Shown here: positions 10,152 to 18,601 of the stretch, in pieces
Layout of the letters: every line of letters starts with the position of its first letter
Numbering within the stretch: the first letter of the stretch is position 1
Notes under the pieces: model-generated
The model's database searches: none
Seen by the model: only the letters and a program-made list of their open reading frames with translations
What the model was told of the DNA's origin: nothing
Source of the DNA: Alphaproteobacteria bacterium
GTDB lineage: Bacteria; Pseudomonadota; Alphaproteobacteria; JAJTHO01; CANGXP01
Direction: 5' to 3'
Assembly: GCA_947457935.1 (NCBI GenBank)
Contig: CANGXP010000002.1
Span: forward strand, 47,701 to 111,700
Length of the DNA: 64,000 nt
Position numbers and translations under genes: made by a program

Positions 10152-10802
10152 ATGAAAACACCCCCTCAAACCATCGCTCAAATTCTGCTTGATATTGGCG
10201 CAGTGCTGCTTCGCCCTGAACAACCGTTCACGCTTACATCGGGCAAAAAAAGCCCTGTGTATGTGGATTGCCGCAAGCTCATTTCTTTCCCCAAAGAACG
10301 CCGCATCGTCATGCAAGCCATGGCGGAGGCGGTAAAACTCTCCCCCACTTTCAACACCCTAAAAGCCGTTGCGGGGGGAGAGACAGCAGGCATTCCTTAT
10401 GCCGCATGGCTCGCGGAACTGCTTGATTTGCCGATGCTTTATGTGCGCAAAAAACCCAAAGGTTTTGGGCGTAACGCGCAAATTGAAGGCAGTTTTGCAG
10501 AAGGTGATAGGGTTCTGCTCGTGGAAGACCTCGCCACCGATGGCGGCAGCAAAGTAGTGTTCGTGAATGCCTTACGAGAGGCAGGTGCAGTCGTGGATGA
10601 TTGCATCGTTGTGTTTTACTATGACATTTTCGACTATCAAAAATCCCCGCTTGCCTCGTTGAATATTGCGCTTCACGGGTTGGCAACATGGGCAGATATT
10701 CTCACCCTTGCCGAACAACAAGCCTTGCTTAACCCTGCGCAACTCAGCAGTGTTAAGCGGTTTTTGCAAAACCCCGATGCATGGCAACAGGCAATCGCAT
10801 GA
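10152..10802 (+). CDS. pyrE: Orotate phosphoribosyltransferase
   Basis: PRPP-binding motif VLLVEDLATDGGS and the typical N-terminus MKTPPQTIAQILLDIGAVLLRPEQPFTLTSGKKSPVYVDCR. The start is set at the internal Met. Confidence 0.85.
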   Translation: MKTPPQTIAQILLDIGAVLLRPEQPFTLTSGKKSPVYVDCRKLISFPKERRIVMQAMAEAVKLSPTFNTLKAVAGGETAGIPYAAWLAELLDLPMLYVRKKPKGFGRNAQIEGSFAEGDRVLLVEDLATDGGSKVVFVNALREAGAVVDDCIVVFYYDIFDYQKSPLASLNIALHGLATWADILTLAEQQALLNPAQLSSVKRFLQNPDAWQQAIA

Positions 10803-12499
10803 AACAACTCCTCATTCTGCTATTGTACTTTCTTATCACCGCAAATGCACACGCCCAATCACAACCCCTGCCCCCCAAACAAGAAATCATCATCGGCACA
10901 ACAGAAACCTTAAACACGACGCATCCCCTGCTTGCCACAACCACCGCAGAAAAACTCCTTCTCGCGCTCATCCATCGCCCCCTCACAGCACTGAATAAAA
11001 AAATGCAGCCCATGTGTTTGGTGTGCGATAAACTCCCTACCCTAGAGAATGGCTTAGTAAAACCCGCCCCCACAGCCGAAAATGGCAACCTGATAAGCGT
11101 CACGGTGCGCTTGCCTGAGAATGCCAGATGGGGAGACAGCACGCCGCTTACCAGTAAAGATGCCTATTTTACTTGGCAAACAGCGAAAACGCTTATCAAC
11201 AGCGGCGTTACAATGCCCTTTTATCAACAGGTGAGTGATATTCAGATTATCGATGATAAGAAATTTATTATTTTGCTGAATAACGCTGCCTACGCACAAT
11301 ATTTCTTGCATGATTTTTATATTCTGTCGCAGCATGTTGAAAATGCAATTACAAACACCAAAACGCCCTATCTTGAAGCAACACGCTATAAAACAACCCC
11401 CTTTGACGTGGGCTTATTTGCAGGGGCATATCGCCTCACCGCGTTTAATGAAACGGAAGCCATTGTTGTGCCCAATACAGCATGGTGGGGCACGCAGAAA
11501 CCATTTCTACAGAGAATCACTATAAAGGTTTTCCCCCACGCAGAAGCCTTGCAAGAGACCTTACTAAAACAAGAGATTGACGTTGTTTTGCCCCCTGCAG
11601 GGTTAAGTTTTGACCAAGCATATGATACCTTAAAGACAAGTCTTAACACCAAAGAATTTGCAGTAAACCTCACCCCTTCAACACAATTAGAGCATCTTGT
11701 TGTCAATTTGCAAAACCCCCTTTTACAAGATGTGCGCGTGCGGCAGGCCTTATTACAAAACATCAACCGCGAAAAATTTAATGACCTTGTGTTTCAAAAT
11801 AAGCGATTTCTTGCCGACTCTTTCATGCCCCCCCAGCATCCCTTTGCCAGCGCAACGACAACAGAGCTAGAGAATGCCGCTAGCTTATTAGACGCATCAG
11901 GTTTTAAAAAGGGCGCAGATGGCATTCTTATCAATGAGAAACAACAACGCCTCTCCTTTGCCTTTGCAACCGTGAAAGATGATCCCGCTTTGACTACTCT
12001 ACAACAACTCATTGCAAATGCGTGGCGGCAAATTGGCGTGGAAACCACGCTGGAAAGCTACCCCCTAAGAGATTTAGAACAGCGCATTCTCCCACAAAAA
12101 CTTTTTACAGGCGTTGCCCTGATACGCTCCACATTGCCTGATACACAGCCACCAATACCCCTATTTTCCAGCACTGCCATCCCCAATGCTGCGAATCAAT
12201 ATCAGGGGCAAAACTATAGCGGTTGGCAAAATGAAAAAGTGGATAGCATCCTCGCTGCTCTTGCAACGTCAACAGATACAGCGGCAGCACAACAACGCTG
12301 GCAAGCCCTCAACGCCGTATACTTAGCAGAATTGCCCACCTTGCCGCTCTATTTCACCCCTGCAATAACCGTGTTGCCTAAGGATTTACAAGGCGTTCCG
12401 CTCTCCACAGGACATACCCCGCAAACATTCAATGCAGAGCAGTGGTTTTTCACCCCCCCTGTTGTGGTGCAGCCAAAGAAAATACGGGAGATTTTTTAG
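10799..12499 (+). CDS. Periplasmic substrate-binding protein of the peptide/nickel ABC transporter family (SBP family 5, OppA/DppA-like). No permease or ATPase genes are adjacent
   Basis: Signal peptide MKQLLILLLYFLITANAHA, about 560 aa, overall family-5 SBP-like composition. The start overlaps the pyrE stop (ATGA). Confidence 0.65.
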   Translation: MKQLLILLLYFLITANAHAQSQPLPPKQEIIIGTTETLNTTHPLLATTTAEKLLLALIHRPLTALNKKMQPMCLVCDKLPTLENGLVKPAPTAENGNLISVTVRLPENARWGDSTPLTSKDAYFTWQTAKTLINSGVTMPFYQQVSDIQIIDDKKFIILLNNAAYAQYFLHDFYILSQHVENAITNTKTPYLEATRYKTTPFDVGLFAGAYRLTAFNETEAIVVPNTAWWGTQKPFLQRITIKVFPHAEALQETLLKQEIDVVLPPAGLSFDQAYDTLKTSLNTKEFAVNLTPSTQLEHLVVNLQNPLLQDVRVRQALLQNINREKFNDLVFQNKRFLADSFMPPQHPFASATTTELENAASLLDASGFKKGADGILINEKQQRLSFAFATVKDDPALTTLQQLIANAWRQIGVETTLESYPLRDLEQRILPQKLFTGVALIRSTLPDTQPPIPLFSSTAIPNAANQYQGQNYSGWQNEKVDSILAALATSTDTAAAQQRWQALNAVYLAELPTLPLYFTPAITVLPKDLQGVPLSTGHTPQTFNAEQWFFTPPVVVQPKKIREIF

Positions 12500-12842
12500 G
12501 GGAACAACTATATAGTCGTTTCAAGAAATATTTGCCCATAGCCGAGAACAACTGCACCTGAACGAAATGTACACTTCCGTACATGAGCGAGGGTAAAGGC
12601 AGTTCGCAGGCATGGGCAGGTATTTATGGGAATGACTATAGTTGTTGCTAAATCATACCAACCCAAGAAAATTTCTGATATTTAGGCGAGCGAATTAGCG
12701 AGGATGCAAAACAGCAACGCTGTTTTGCACCGCAAGCCAATGATCCTTGCCAAACACAAGCCCAAAGGGCGCAGCGGAAAGTTTAGGCGCATTGGAAAAT
12801 GTGGCGCAGCCGAATAGCAGGAATTTAATGGGCTTGGTATTA
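12498..12842 (+). repeat. Interspersed mosaic repeat, copy A: modules 1, 2 and 3 between the SBP gene and the hbd 3-prime end
   Basis: Module 1 TAGGGGAACAACTATATAGTCGTTTCAAG...CCCATAGCCGAGAAC. Module 2 GTACATGAGCGAGGGTAAAGGCAGTTCGCAGGC...GGAATGACTATAGTTGTTGC. Module 3 CAAACACAAGCCCAAAGGGCG...GTGGCGCAGCCGAATAGCAGGAATTTAATGGGCTTGGTATTA. The element begins on the SBP stop codon (TAG) and ends on the hbd stop codon. Confidence 0.7.
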
Positions 12843-13712
12843 CTTCATCGGCACGGGCTTCTCGCCAGAATAATCATAAAACCCTTTGCCTGTTTTACGA
12901 CCATACCAACCTGCTTCCACATATTTCACTAATAGGGGACAAGGGCGATATTTGCTGTCTGCGAGACCGTCATGCAGAACGTGCATAATAGCAAGGCAGG
13001 TGTCTAACCCAATGAAATCCGCCAATTCAAACGGGCCCATTGGGTGATTCGCCCCTAATTTCATCGCCGTATCGATGGAGACAACAGACCCCACCCCTTC
13101 ATGCAACGTATATACCGCCTCGTTAATCATGGGGAGCAAGATGCGGTTCACAATAAACGCAGGGAAATCTTCGGAAACAGCAATGCTTTTGCCAAGTTTT
13201 TCCGCCAACAATTTAACATGTCCGAATGTCTCCGCATCGGTTGCAATGCCTTTAATCAGTTCCACCAGCTTCATCACAGGCACAGGGTTCATGAAGTGCA
13301 TCCCCATGAACTTGTGCGGGCGGTCTGTTTTTGCCGCTAACCGCGTGATAGAGATAGACGAGGTGTTGGTGGCGATAATCGCGTCTTTATTGAGGTTCGG
13401 CACCAGTTTCTTGAAAATCTCATTTTTAACATTTTCGTTCTCGGTGGCGGCTTCAATCACGAAATCGCACTCAATGAAGGATTCATAGCCTGTGGTGGTG
13501 CGAATGCGCCCCAAAGCGTTTTTCTTGTCTTCTTCAGACAAAGTGCCTTTTGCTACTTGGCGGTCTAAGTTTTTGCTGATATTCGCAACGCCTTTTTGCA
13601 AGGCTTCTTCGCTAATATCAACCAACGTTACGTTGTATCCCGCAACAGCGGCAACATGCGCGATTCCGCTGCCCATTTGTCCTGCGCCAATAACGCCAAA
13701 ATTGTTGTTCAT
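12840..13712 (-). CDS. hbd: 3-hydroxyacyl-CoA / 3-hydroxybutyryl-CoA dehydrogenase
   Basis: N-terminal Rossmann motif [15 protein letters not shown] and 3-hydroxyacyl-CoA dehydrogenase NAD-binding and C-terminal domains. 290 aa. Confidence 0.85.
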   Translation of the reverse strand: MNNNFGVIGAGQMGSGIAHVAAVAGYNVTLVDISEEALQKGVANISKNLDRQVAKGTLSEEDKKNALGRIRTTTGYESFIECDFVIEAATENENVKNEIFKKLVPNLNKDAIIATNTSSISITRLAAKTDRPHKFMGMHFMNPVPVMKLVELIKGIATDAETFGHVKLLAEKLGKSIAVSEDFPAFIVNRILLPMINEAVYTLHEGVGSVVSIDTAMKLGANHPMGPFELADFIGLDTCLAIMHVLHDGLADSKYRPCPLLVKYVEAGWYGRKTGKGFYDYSGEKPVPMK

Positions 13713-13814
13713 GTCGAGTGCTCCTTAAAGTAGCCGTTTTTATAGTGAACGTGTTTTAAGGGTTATGCACGAAAAATAGTTAACAATTCGTTACGGTGTT
13801 TCAAGCTGTGGTAT

Positions 13815-15296
13815 TTACGCAGATTTTTTCAAACCCGCATCGCGTTGCATCCCCCATGCAATGTTCCCTGTAACCAAGGCTTCTTGCGCCTTTCGCACCG
13901 TCGCCGTTGCATCAGAAGCATCACCCGTGCGGGTGGCAAGGCGTTCTAGGGCAACATCCAGCGGTGTATCTAGCCAAATCCCTGTAAACGGCACGCCGCA
14001 ACGCTGTGCAAGGGCTTCAATCGCGGTGCGTTCTTCTTCAGCGGCAAATACTGCATCCACAATCACCGCATATCCTGCCTTTAACGCTATTTCTGTATCG
14101 CTATAGAGAGCCTTATAAACGGCGGCACTGGCTTCTTTTGTATAGCTTTCAGGAGCAAGGCGCGTTGTCTCAGACACACCCGCAAGACGCTTCCGAATAC
14201 TATCAGAGCGAATCACTACCGCGCCATTTTCCGCCGCAGTTGCCGCAGCCAGCGTTGATTTGCCACTGCCAGACAATCCGCCAATCGCGGTAAGGCTTGC
14301 CGTTTGGGGTTTAAGATAGCTCAAGGCCTGCGCCAGATAGGCTTTCGCATCCTGAAAGAAAAATGCTTGGGTATCCGCATCAGGAATGCTCTGCATAATC
14401 GCGATACTCACATGAGAGCGAATCGCCGCGCGGGTGGCAAGCATCACAGGCAATACGGCAAGTGCCTCATACTCGCCCGTTTGCGCGAGATAGCTATTGC
14501 GAACCAGCGTTGCGTATTGCGGCAAGCCGCGCTTGTCTAAGTCCATCAGCAAAAACGCAAGGTCATACAGCACATCAATAACGGCGAATGCATCGTTAAA
14601 TTCGATGCAGTCAAACAACAATGGATCATCATTATAGAGGCAAATATTTTGTAGGTGCAAATCGCCGTGACACTGTCGGATTTTGCCGTTTTCAGCCCGA
14701 TTATTCAATAAGGCTTGTTGTGTAGAAATCATGCTCAAACTGGCTGTTGTCAAGGCTTCCGTCTGTTCGCGGGGTAAAAATTCGGCATAGCTCGCAAACA
14801 TGGCATCATTGCCCTTAACCGTGTTCGCCAATATTTCCGCGCCTTTCAGCCCTGTTTTGTCGATTTCTGCCGTTTGGTGAAAATGCACAATCTTCGCTGT
14901 AATCGCCTGCATTTGTGCGGGTGTCAGCTTGCCTTCTGCCGCGAGCACATCAAACGTTGCCCCCTTATCAAAGCAGTGCATCACCACAAAATATTCTGCG
15001 ATGTCTCCAGATCCGCCCCACGCAAAGCCTTCAGCCGTTTTGTTCAGTGTTTCCACACCAACATATAAATCTGGCGCAGTGCGGCGGTTTAGCTCAATCT
15101 CCCGCGCACAAAAAGTTGCGCGTTTTTCCAATGTTGAATAATCCATATACGGATATGCAACAGGCTTTTTCATTTTATAGGCACGAGAGCCGCACAAATA
15201 AACGATTGCGCCGTGTGTCTCTATTTTCTCAACCGTTGCGGGTTTATGCGGGTAATTGGCAGGGTTTAACAGGAATTGGTCAAGATTGTGAGACAT
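13815..15296 (-). CDS. Two-domain putative kinase: N-terminal aminoglycoside-phosphotransferase-like (APH/Ser-Thr kinase fold) domain fused to a C-terminal P-loop (AAA_33/gluconate-kinase-like) domain
   Basis: Brenner motif HGDLHLQNI in the N-domain and Walker A GGLSGSGKSTLA in the C-domain. The start is ambiguous: the ORF track starts at 15428, and I chose the internal Met at 15296 (MSHNLDQF...). Confidence 0.55.
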   Translation of the reverse strand: MSHNLDQFLLNPANYPHKPATVEKIETHGAIVYLCGSRAYKMKKPVAYPYMDYSTLEKRATFCAREIELNRRTAPDLYVGVETLNKTAEGFAWGGSGDIAEYFVVMHCFDKGATFDVLAAEGKLTPAQMQAITAKIVHFHQTAEIDKTGLKGAEILANTVKGNDAMFASYAEFLPREQTEALTTASLSMISTQQALLNNRAENGKIRQCHGDLHLQNICLYNDDPLLFDCIEFNDAFAVIDVLYDLAFLLMDLDKRGLPQYATLVRNSYLAQTGEYEALAVLPVMLATRAAIRSHVSIAIMQSIPDADTQAFFFQDAKAYLAQALSYLKPQTASLTAIGGLSGSGKSTLAAATAAENGAVVIRSDSIRKRLAGVSETTRLAPESYTKEASAAVYKALYSDTEIALKAGYAVIVDAVFAAEEERTAIEALAQRCGVPFTGIWLDTPLDVALERLATRTGDASDATATVRKAQEALVTGNIAWGMQRDAGLKKSA

Positions 15297-15371
15297 TGTG
15301 CAATACTTTCTATTGGCATACCTATAGTCGTTCCTTGCAAACAGGGCAACTTGTTTGGTACAAATCGCGCT

Positions 15372-15923
15372 ATGCAATGTAAACCCTTGTCCATCCCTGA
15401 TGTAAAACTCCTCACCCCTAAAAAACATGGCGATGAAAAGGGTTTTTCCTCAGAGACGTATAATCGTGAAATTTTTGCGATTGGCGGTATTACGGTTGAT
15501 TTTGTGCAGGATAATCACCTCTATTATGCGCAACAGGGCATATTGCGAGGGTTGTACTTTCAAGAACCGCCGTTTGCCCAAGCAAAACTGGTGCGCGTGG
15601 TGCGCGGCGCAATTTGGGATGTGGCGGTGGATATCCGCCATGGCTCACCCACCTTTGGGCAATGGGTAGCGGCGGAATTATCGGCGGAGAATTGGCAGCA
15701 ACTGTATATTCCCATTGGGTTTGCACATGGTTTTGTAACATTAGAGCCTGATACGGAAGTGTGCTATAAAACCAGCAATTATTATTCTCCTGCCCATGAT
15801 GGCGGGATTTTATGGTCTGATGCGAGTCTAAATATTCCGTGGAATGTTAGTAATCCTATTTTATCTGCAAAAGACTCGAGACTGCCGCTATTGCGGGACT
15901 TAGAACCGATTTTCGGAGTGTAA
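15372..15923 (+). CDS. rfbC: dTDP-4-dehydrorhamnose 3,5-epimerase
   Basis: RmlC cupin motifs (IPDVKLLTPKKHGDEKGFSSETY...QDNHLYYAQQGILRGLYFQ...AHGFVTLEPDTEVCYKTSNYY). The start is at the internal Met. rfbA, rfbB and rfbD are not nearby. Confidence 0.75.
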   Translation: MQCKPLSIPDVKLLTPKKHGDEKGFSSETYNREIFAIGGITVDFVQDNHLYYAQQGILRGLYFQEPPFAQAKLVRVVRGAIWDVAVDIRHGSPTFGQWVAAELSAENWQQLYIPIGFAHGFVTLEPDTEVCYKTSNYYSPAHDGGILWSDASLNIPWNVSNPILSAKDSRLPLLRDLEPIFGV

Positions 15924-15927
15924 AACC

Positions 15928-17070
15928 ATGCGCCAAAAAATCATCCGTATTTTAAAGCACGAAACAGCAACAGGGGTGACGCTGTTCCTCGCAACAGTGT
16001 TGGCGTTAATCCTTGGTAACAGCGCGTTACACCCGCAATATCATGCGCTATTGCAGCAAACGCTCTCGCTAGGGATTCTTGAAAAATCGGTGGAGCATTG
16101 GATTAACGACGGCTTGATGGCGTTGTTTTTCCTCTATGTGGGGCTGGAAATAAAAAAAGAAATGTTGGAAGGGCATTTGCAAACGCGGGCACAAATTACG
16201 CTGCCTGCCATTGCGGCAGTGGGGGGCATGTTGTTTCCCGCGCTTATTTATGTCGCGTTGAATCAACACCATCCTGAAAATTTGCAGGGCTGGGCGATTC
16301 CCGCTGCGACTGATATTGCGTTTGCAGTGGGGGTGATTTCCTTGCTGGGCAAGCGTGTGCCGCCCTCTATTAAAATTTTCCTCATGGCGGTGGCGGTGTT
16401 TGATGACATTGGCGCAATTTTGGTGATTGCGCTGTTTTATACGAAAGAGTTGCAGTTGCTCTATTTGGGGTATGCAGCAGTAATTTTAGCGGCATTAGGT
16501 GCGTTTAATCACTTTAAAATAAAAAGTCTTGCCCCCTATCTTGTATTGGGCGCGATTTTGTGGTACTGTATTTATAAGTCAGGCGTGCACGCAACAATAG
16601 CGGGCGTTTTGTTAGGGTTGCTTATTCCCTTGAAGGTTGGCACGCAGTCGCCACTCAAAAGCCTGATGTATACTTTGGATCCGTGGGTGTCGTTTTTGGT
16701 GCTGCCGTTGTTTGCGCTGGCAAATGCGGGGATTTACCTAGGGGATATGGCTGTGGCTGATATTTTATCGCCGTTGCCACTGGGCATTGCGGCGGGGTTG
16801 TTTGTGGGCAAGCAACTGGGCGTAATGGTATTCACGTTTTCGGCGATAAAATTGGGACTAGGGCAAATGCCTAAACAGGCAACATGGGGGCATATCTATG
16901 GGGCGGCGATATTGACGGGTATTGGTTTTACGATGAGTTTGTTTGTAAGCAACCTGTCGTTTTCGGGGGGAGATGCAGTAGGGTTAACACGGTTGGGAGT
17001 GCTGGCGGGATCAGCGGCATCTGCGATAGTGGGATTTACGGTGCTTTGGTGGGTTAGCAAAAAACAATGA
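15928..17070 (+). CDS. nhaA: Na+/H+ antiporter NhaA
   Basis: 380-aa polytopic membrane protein with NhaA motifs (GIPAATDIAFAVGV, VFDDIGAILVIALFYT). Confidence 0.85.
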   Translation: MRQKIIRILKHETATGVTLFLATVLALILGNSALHPQYHALLQQTLSLGILEKSVEHWINDGLMALFFLYVGLEIKKEMLEGHLQTRAQITLPAIAAVGGMLFPALIYVALNQHHPENLQGWAIPAATDIAFAVGVISLLGKRVPPSIKIFLMAVAVFDDIGAILVIALFYTKELQLLYLGYAAVILAALGAFNHFKIKSLAPYLVLGAILWYCIYKSGVHATIAGVLLGLLIPLKVGTQSPLKSLMYTLDPWVSFLVLPLFALANAGIYLGDMAVADILSPLPLGIAAGLFVGKQLGVMVFTFSAIKLGLGQMPKQATWGHIYGAAILTGIGFTMSLFVSNLSFSGGDAVGLTRLGVLAGSAASAIVGFTVLWWVSKKQ

Positions 17071-18428
17071 TACGAAAATTTTTCATTTTGGCAGGAGTTT
17101 TATTGATGGCGCACGGATTTAATGCAGCGGCGGGAACGCCCGCAACAACGGGGGTTTTCAACCCGCAGATTTTCACCCTTGAGAATGGGATGACGGTGGC
17201 GTTGATTGAAAATCATCGGGTGTCTGCTGTGGTGCATATGGTGTGGTATAAGGCAGGGGCGATTGATGAAAAGCCCTCAAAGTCAGGGGTGGCGCACTTT
17301 CTGGAACACTTGATGTTTAAAGGCACGAAAACCATTGCGGAGGGCGAGTTTTCTAAGCGGGTCGCAAAAGTGGGGGGCGAGGACAACGCGTTTACGAGTT
17401 GGGACTACACCGCCTATTTCCAAAAGGTTGCTACCAAAGATCTTCCTGAAATGATGACCATGGAAGCAGACAGAATGCAAAATCTGTTGTTGTCGGAACA
17501 CGCGGTGGAAACAGAAAATAAGGTGATTGTGGAAGAGCGTCGCTCGGTGATTGATAACAAGCCGACGCGTCAGTTTGCCGAACAACTGCAAGCCGCCACC
17601 TTTCTGCATCATCCCTATAAAACGCCCATTATTGGCTGGTATTCGGAGATGTCTTCTTTGAGCCGCGAGGATGTGTTTGATTTTTATAACACGCATTATG
17701 CGCCGAACAATGCGGTGTTGGTGATAGCGGGGGATATAACCTTGCCTGCGCTGAAAGAACTAGCGGCGAAAACTTATGGCAAAGTGCCGTCTCGTCCCGT
17801 TGCGAAAAGCCCTGTGATGAAAGAGCCGCCACAGCTTGCGGCACGAACGCTTGAAATGCGCTTACCCAACGTGCAAATGCCGTTATGGCGGCGGCAATAT
17901 GTCGTGCCCAGCTATGCAACGGTGGGCGAGGATAAAGGGGTTGTGGATGCGTTAGAAGTGTTTGCCCAGATTTTAGGCGGTGGGGAATCTAGCAGATTAT
18001 ATGAAAAGTTGGTTTTAAAGAAGCAAATCGCCACCAATGTTAGTGTGTATTACGAAGCGGCAAAGCGCGGTGACAGCACGTTGGTGATTGATGTAGTACC
18101 TGTTGATGATAGTACAGCGGGACTCGCCGCTGTGACCAGCGCGGTGGAAGCCGAGATTGCAGCACTACGCGTTAAGCCTGTGCTGCCTGAGGAATTACAA
18201 CGCACAGTGCGCTCTATGCAGGCAGAGGCGGTCTATGCCCGTGATAGCCTGATGCACCCTGCAACCGTGGTGGGCGAAACGTTAGCGTTGGGACTACCCA
18301 TAAGCTATATTGAAGAATGGCCAACACGGATTGGCGGTGTGACAGTAGAGCGAGTGAAGGCAGCGGCGGCGTTGTTGGATGTAAAAGCCTCTGCTACGGG
18401 GTATTTGTTACCTGCGAAGAAAAAATGA
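17067..18428 (+). CDS. Periplasmic M16-family zinc metallopeptidase, catalytic subunit (pitrilysin-like)
   Basis: Signal peptide and an inverted zincin motif HFLEHLMFKGT (HxxEH). 453 aa. Confidence 0.8.
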   Translation: MIRKFFILAGVLLMAHGFNAAAGTPATTGVFNPQIFTLENGMTVALIENHRVSAVVHMVWYKAGAIDEKPSKSGVAHFLEHLMFKGTKTIAEGEFSKRVAKVGGEDNAFTSWDYTAYFQKVATKDLPEMMTMEADRMQNLLLSEHAVETENKVIVEERRSVIDNKPTRQFAEQLQAATFLHHPYKTPIIGWYSEMSSLSREDVFDFYNTHYAPNNAVLVIAGDITLPALKELAAKTYGKVPSRPVAKSPVMKEPPQLAARTLEMRLPNVQMPLWRRQYVVPSYATVGEDKGVVDALEVFAQILGGGESSRLYEKLVLKKQIATNVSVYYEAAKRGDSTLVIDVVPVDDSTAGLAAVTSAVEAEIAALRVKPVLPEELQRTVRSMQAEAVYARDSLMHPATVVGETLALGLPISYIEEWPTRIGGVTVERVKAAAALLDVKASATGYLLPAKKK

Positions 18429-18460
18429 TGGTTTTTATGTCAGGACACGTTTCTGGAAAT

Positions 18461-18601
18461 ACCCCTCACCCCAACCCTCTCCCACAAGGGGAGAGGGAGT
18501 TTTCTTTGTGTTATATTCTTTGTACACATCTTGTAAAAATTGTTGCAAGCAGTATGCAGATGCTCCCTCTCCCCTTGTGGGAGAGGGTTGGGGTGAGGGG
18601 T
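18461..18601. repeat. Perfect 39-bp inverted repeat (arms 18461-18499 and 18563-18601, 63-bp spacer). MITE/REP-like element between the two M16 peptidase genes
   Basis: Left arm ACCCCTCACCCCAACCCTCTCCCACAAGGGGAGAGGGAG. Right arm CTCCCTCTCCCCTTGTGGGAGAGGGTTGGGGTGAGGGGT, an exact reverse complement. Each arm also contains its own hairpin, CCCTCTCCC-ACAAG-GGGAGAGGG. Confidence 0.8.

Noticed and set aside
18317-18553. Upstream extension of the second M16 peptidase ORF (MANTDWRC...)
   Set aside because: It overlaps the 3-prime end of the first peptidase and translates through the perfect inverted repeat (PHPNPLPQGEREFS). The Met at 18554 gives a signal-peptide-like N-terminus, so I used that start.
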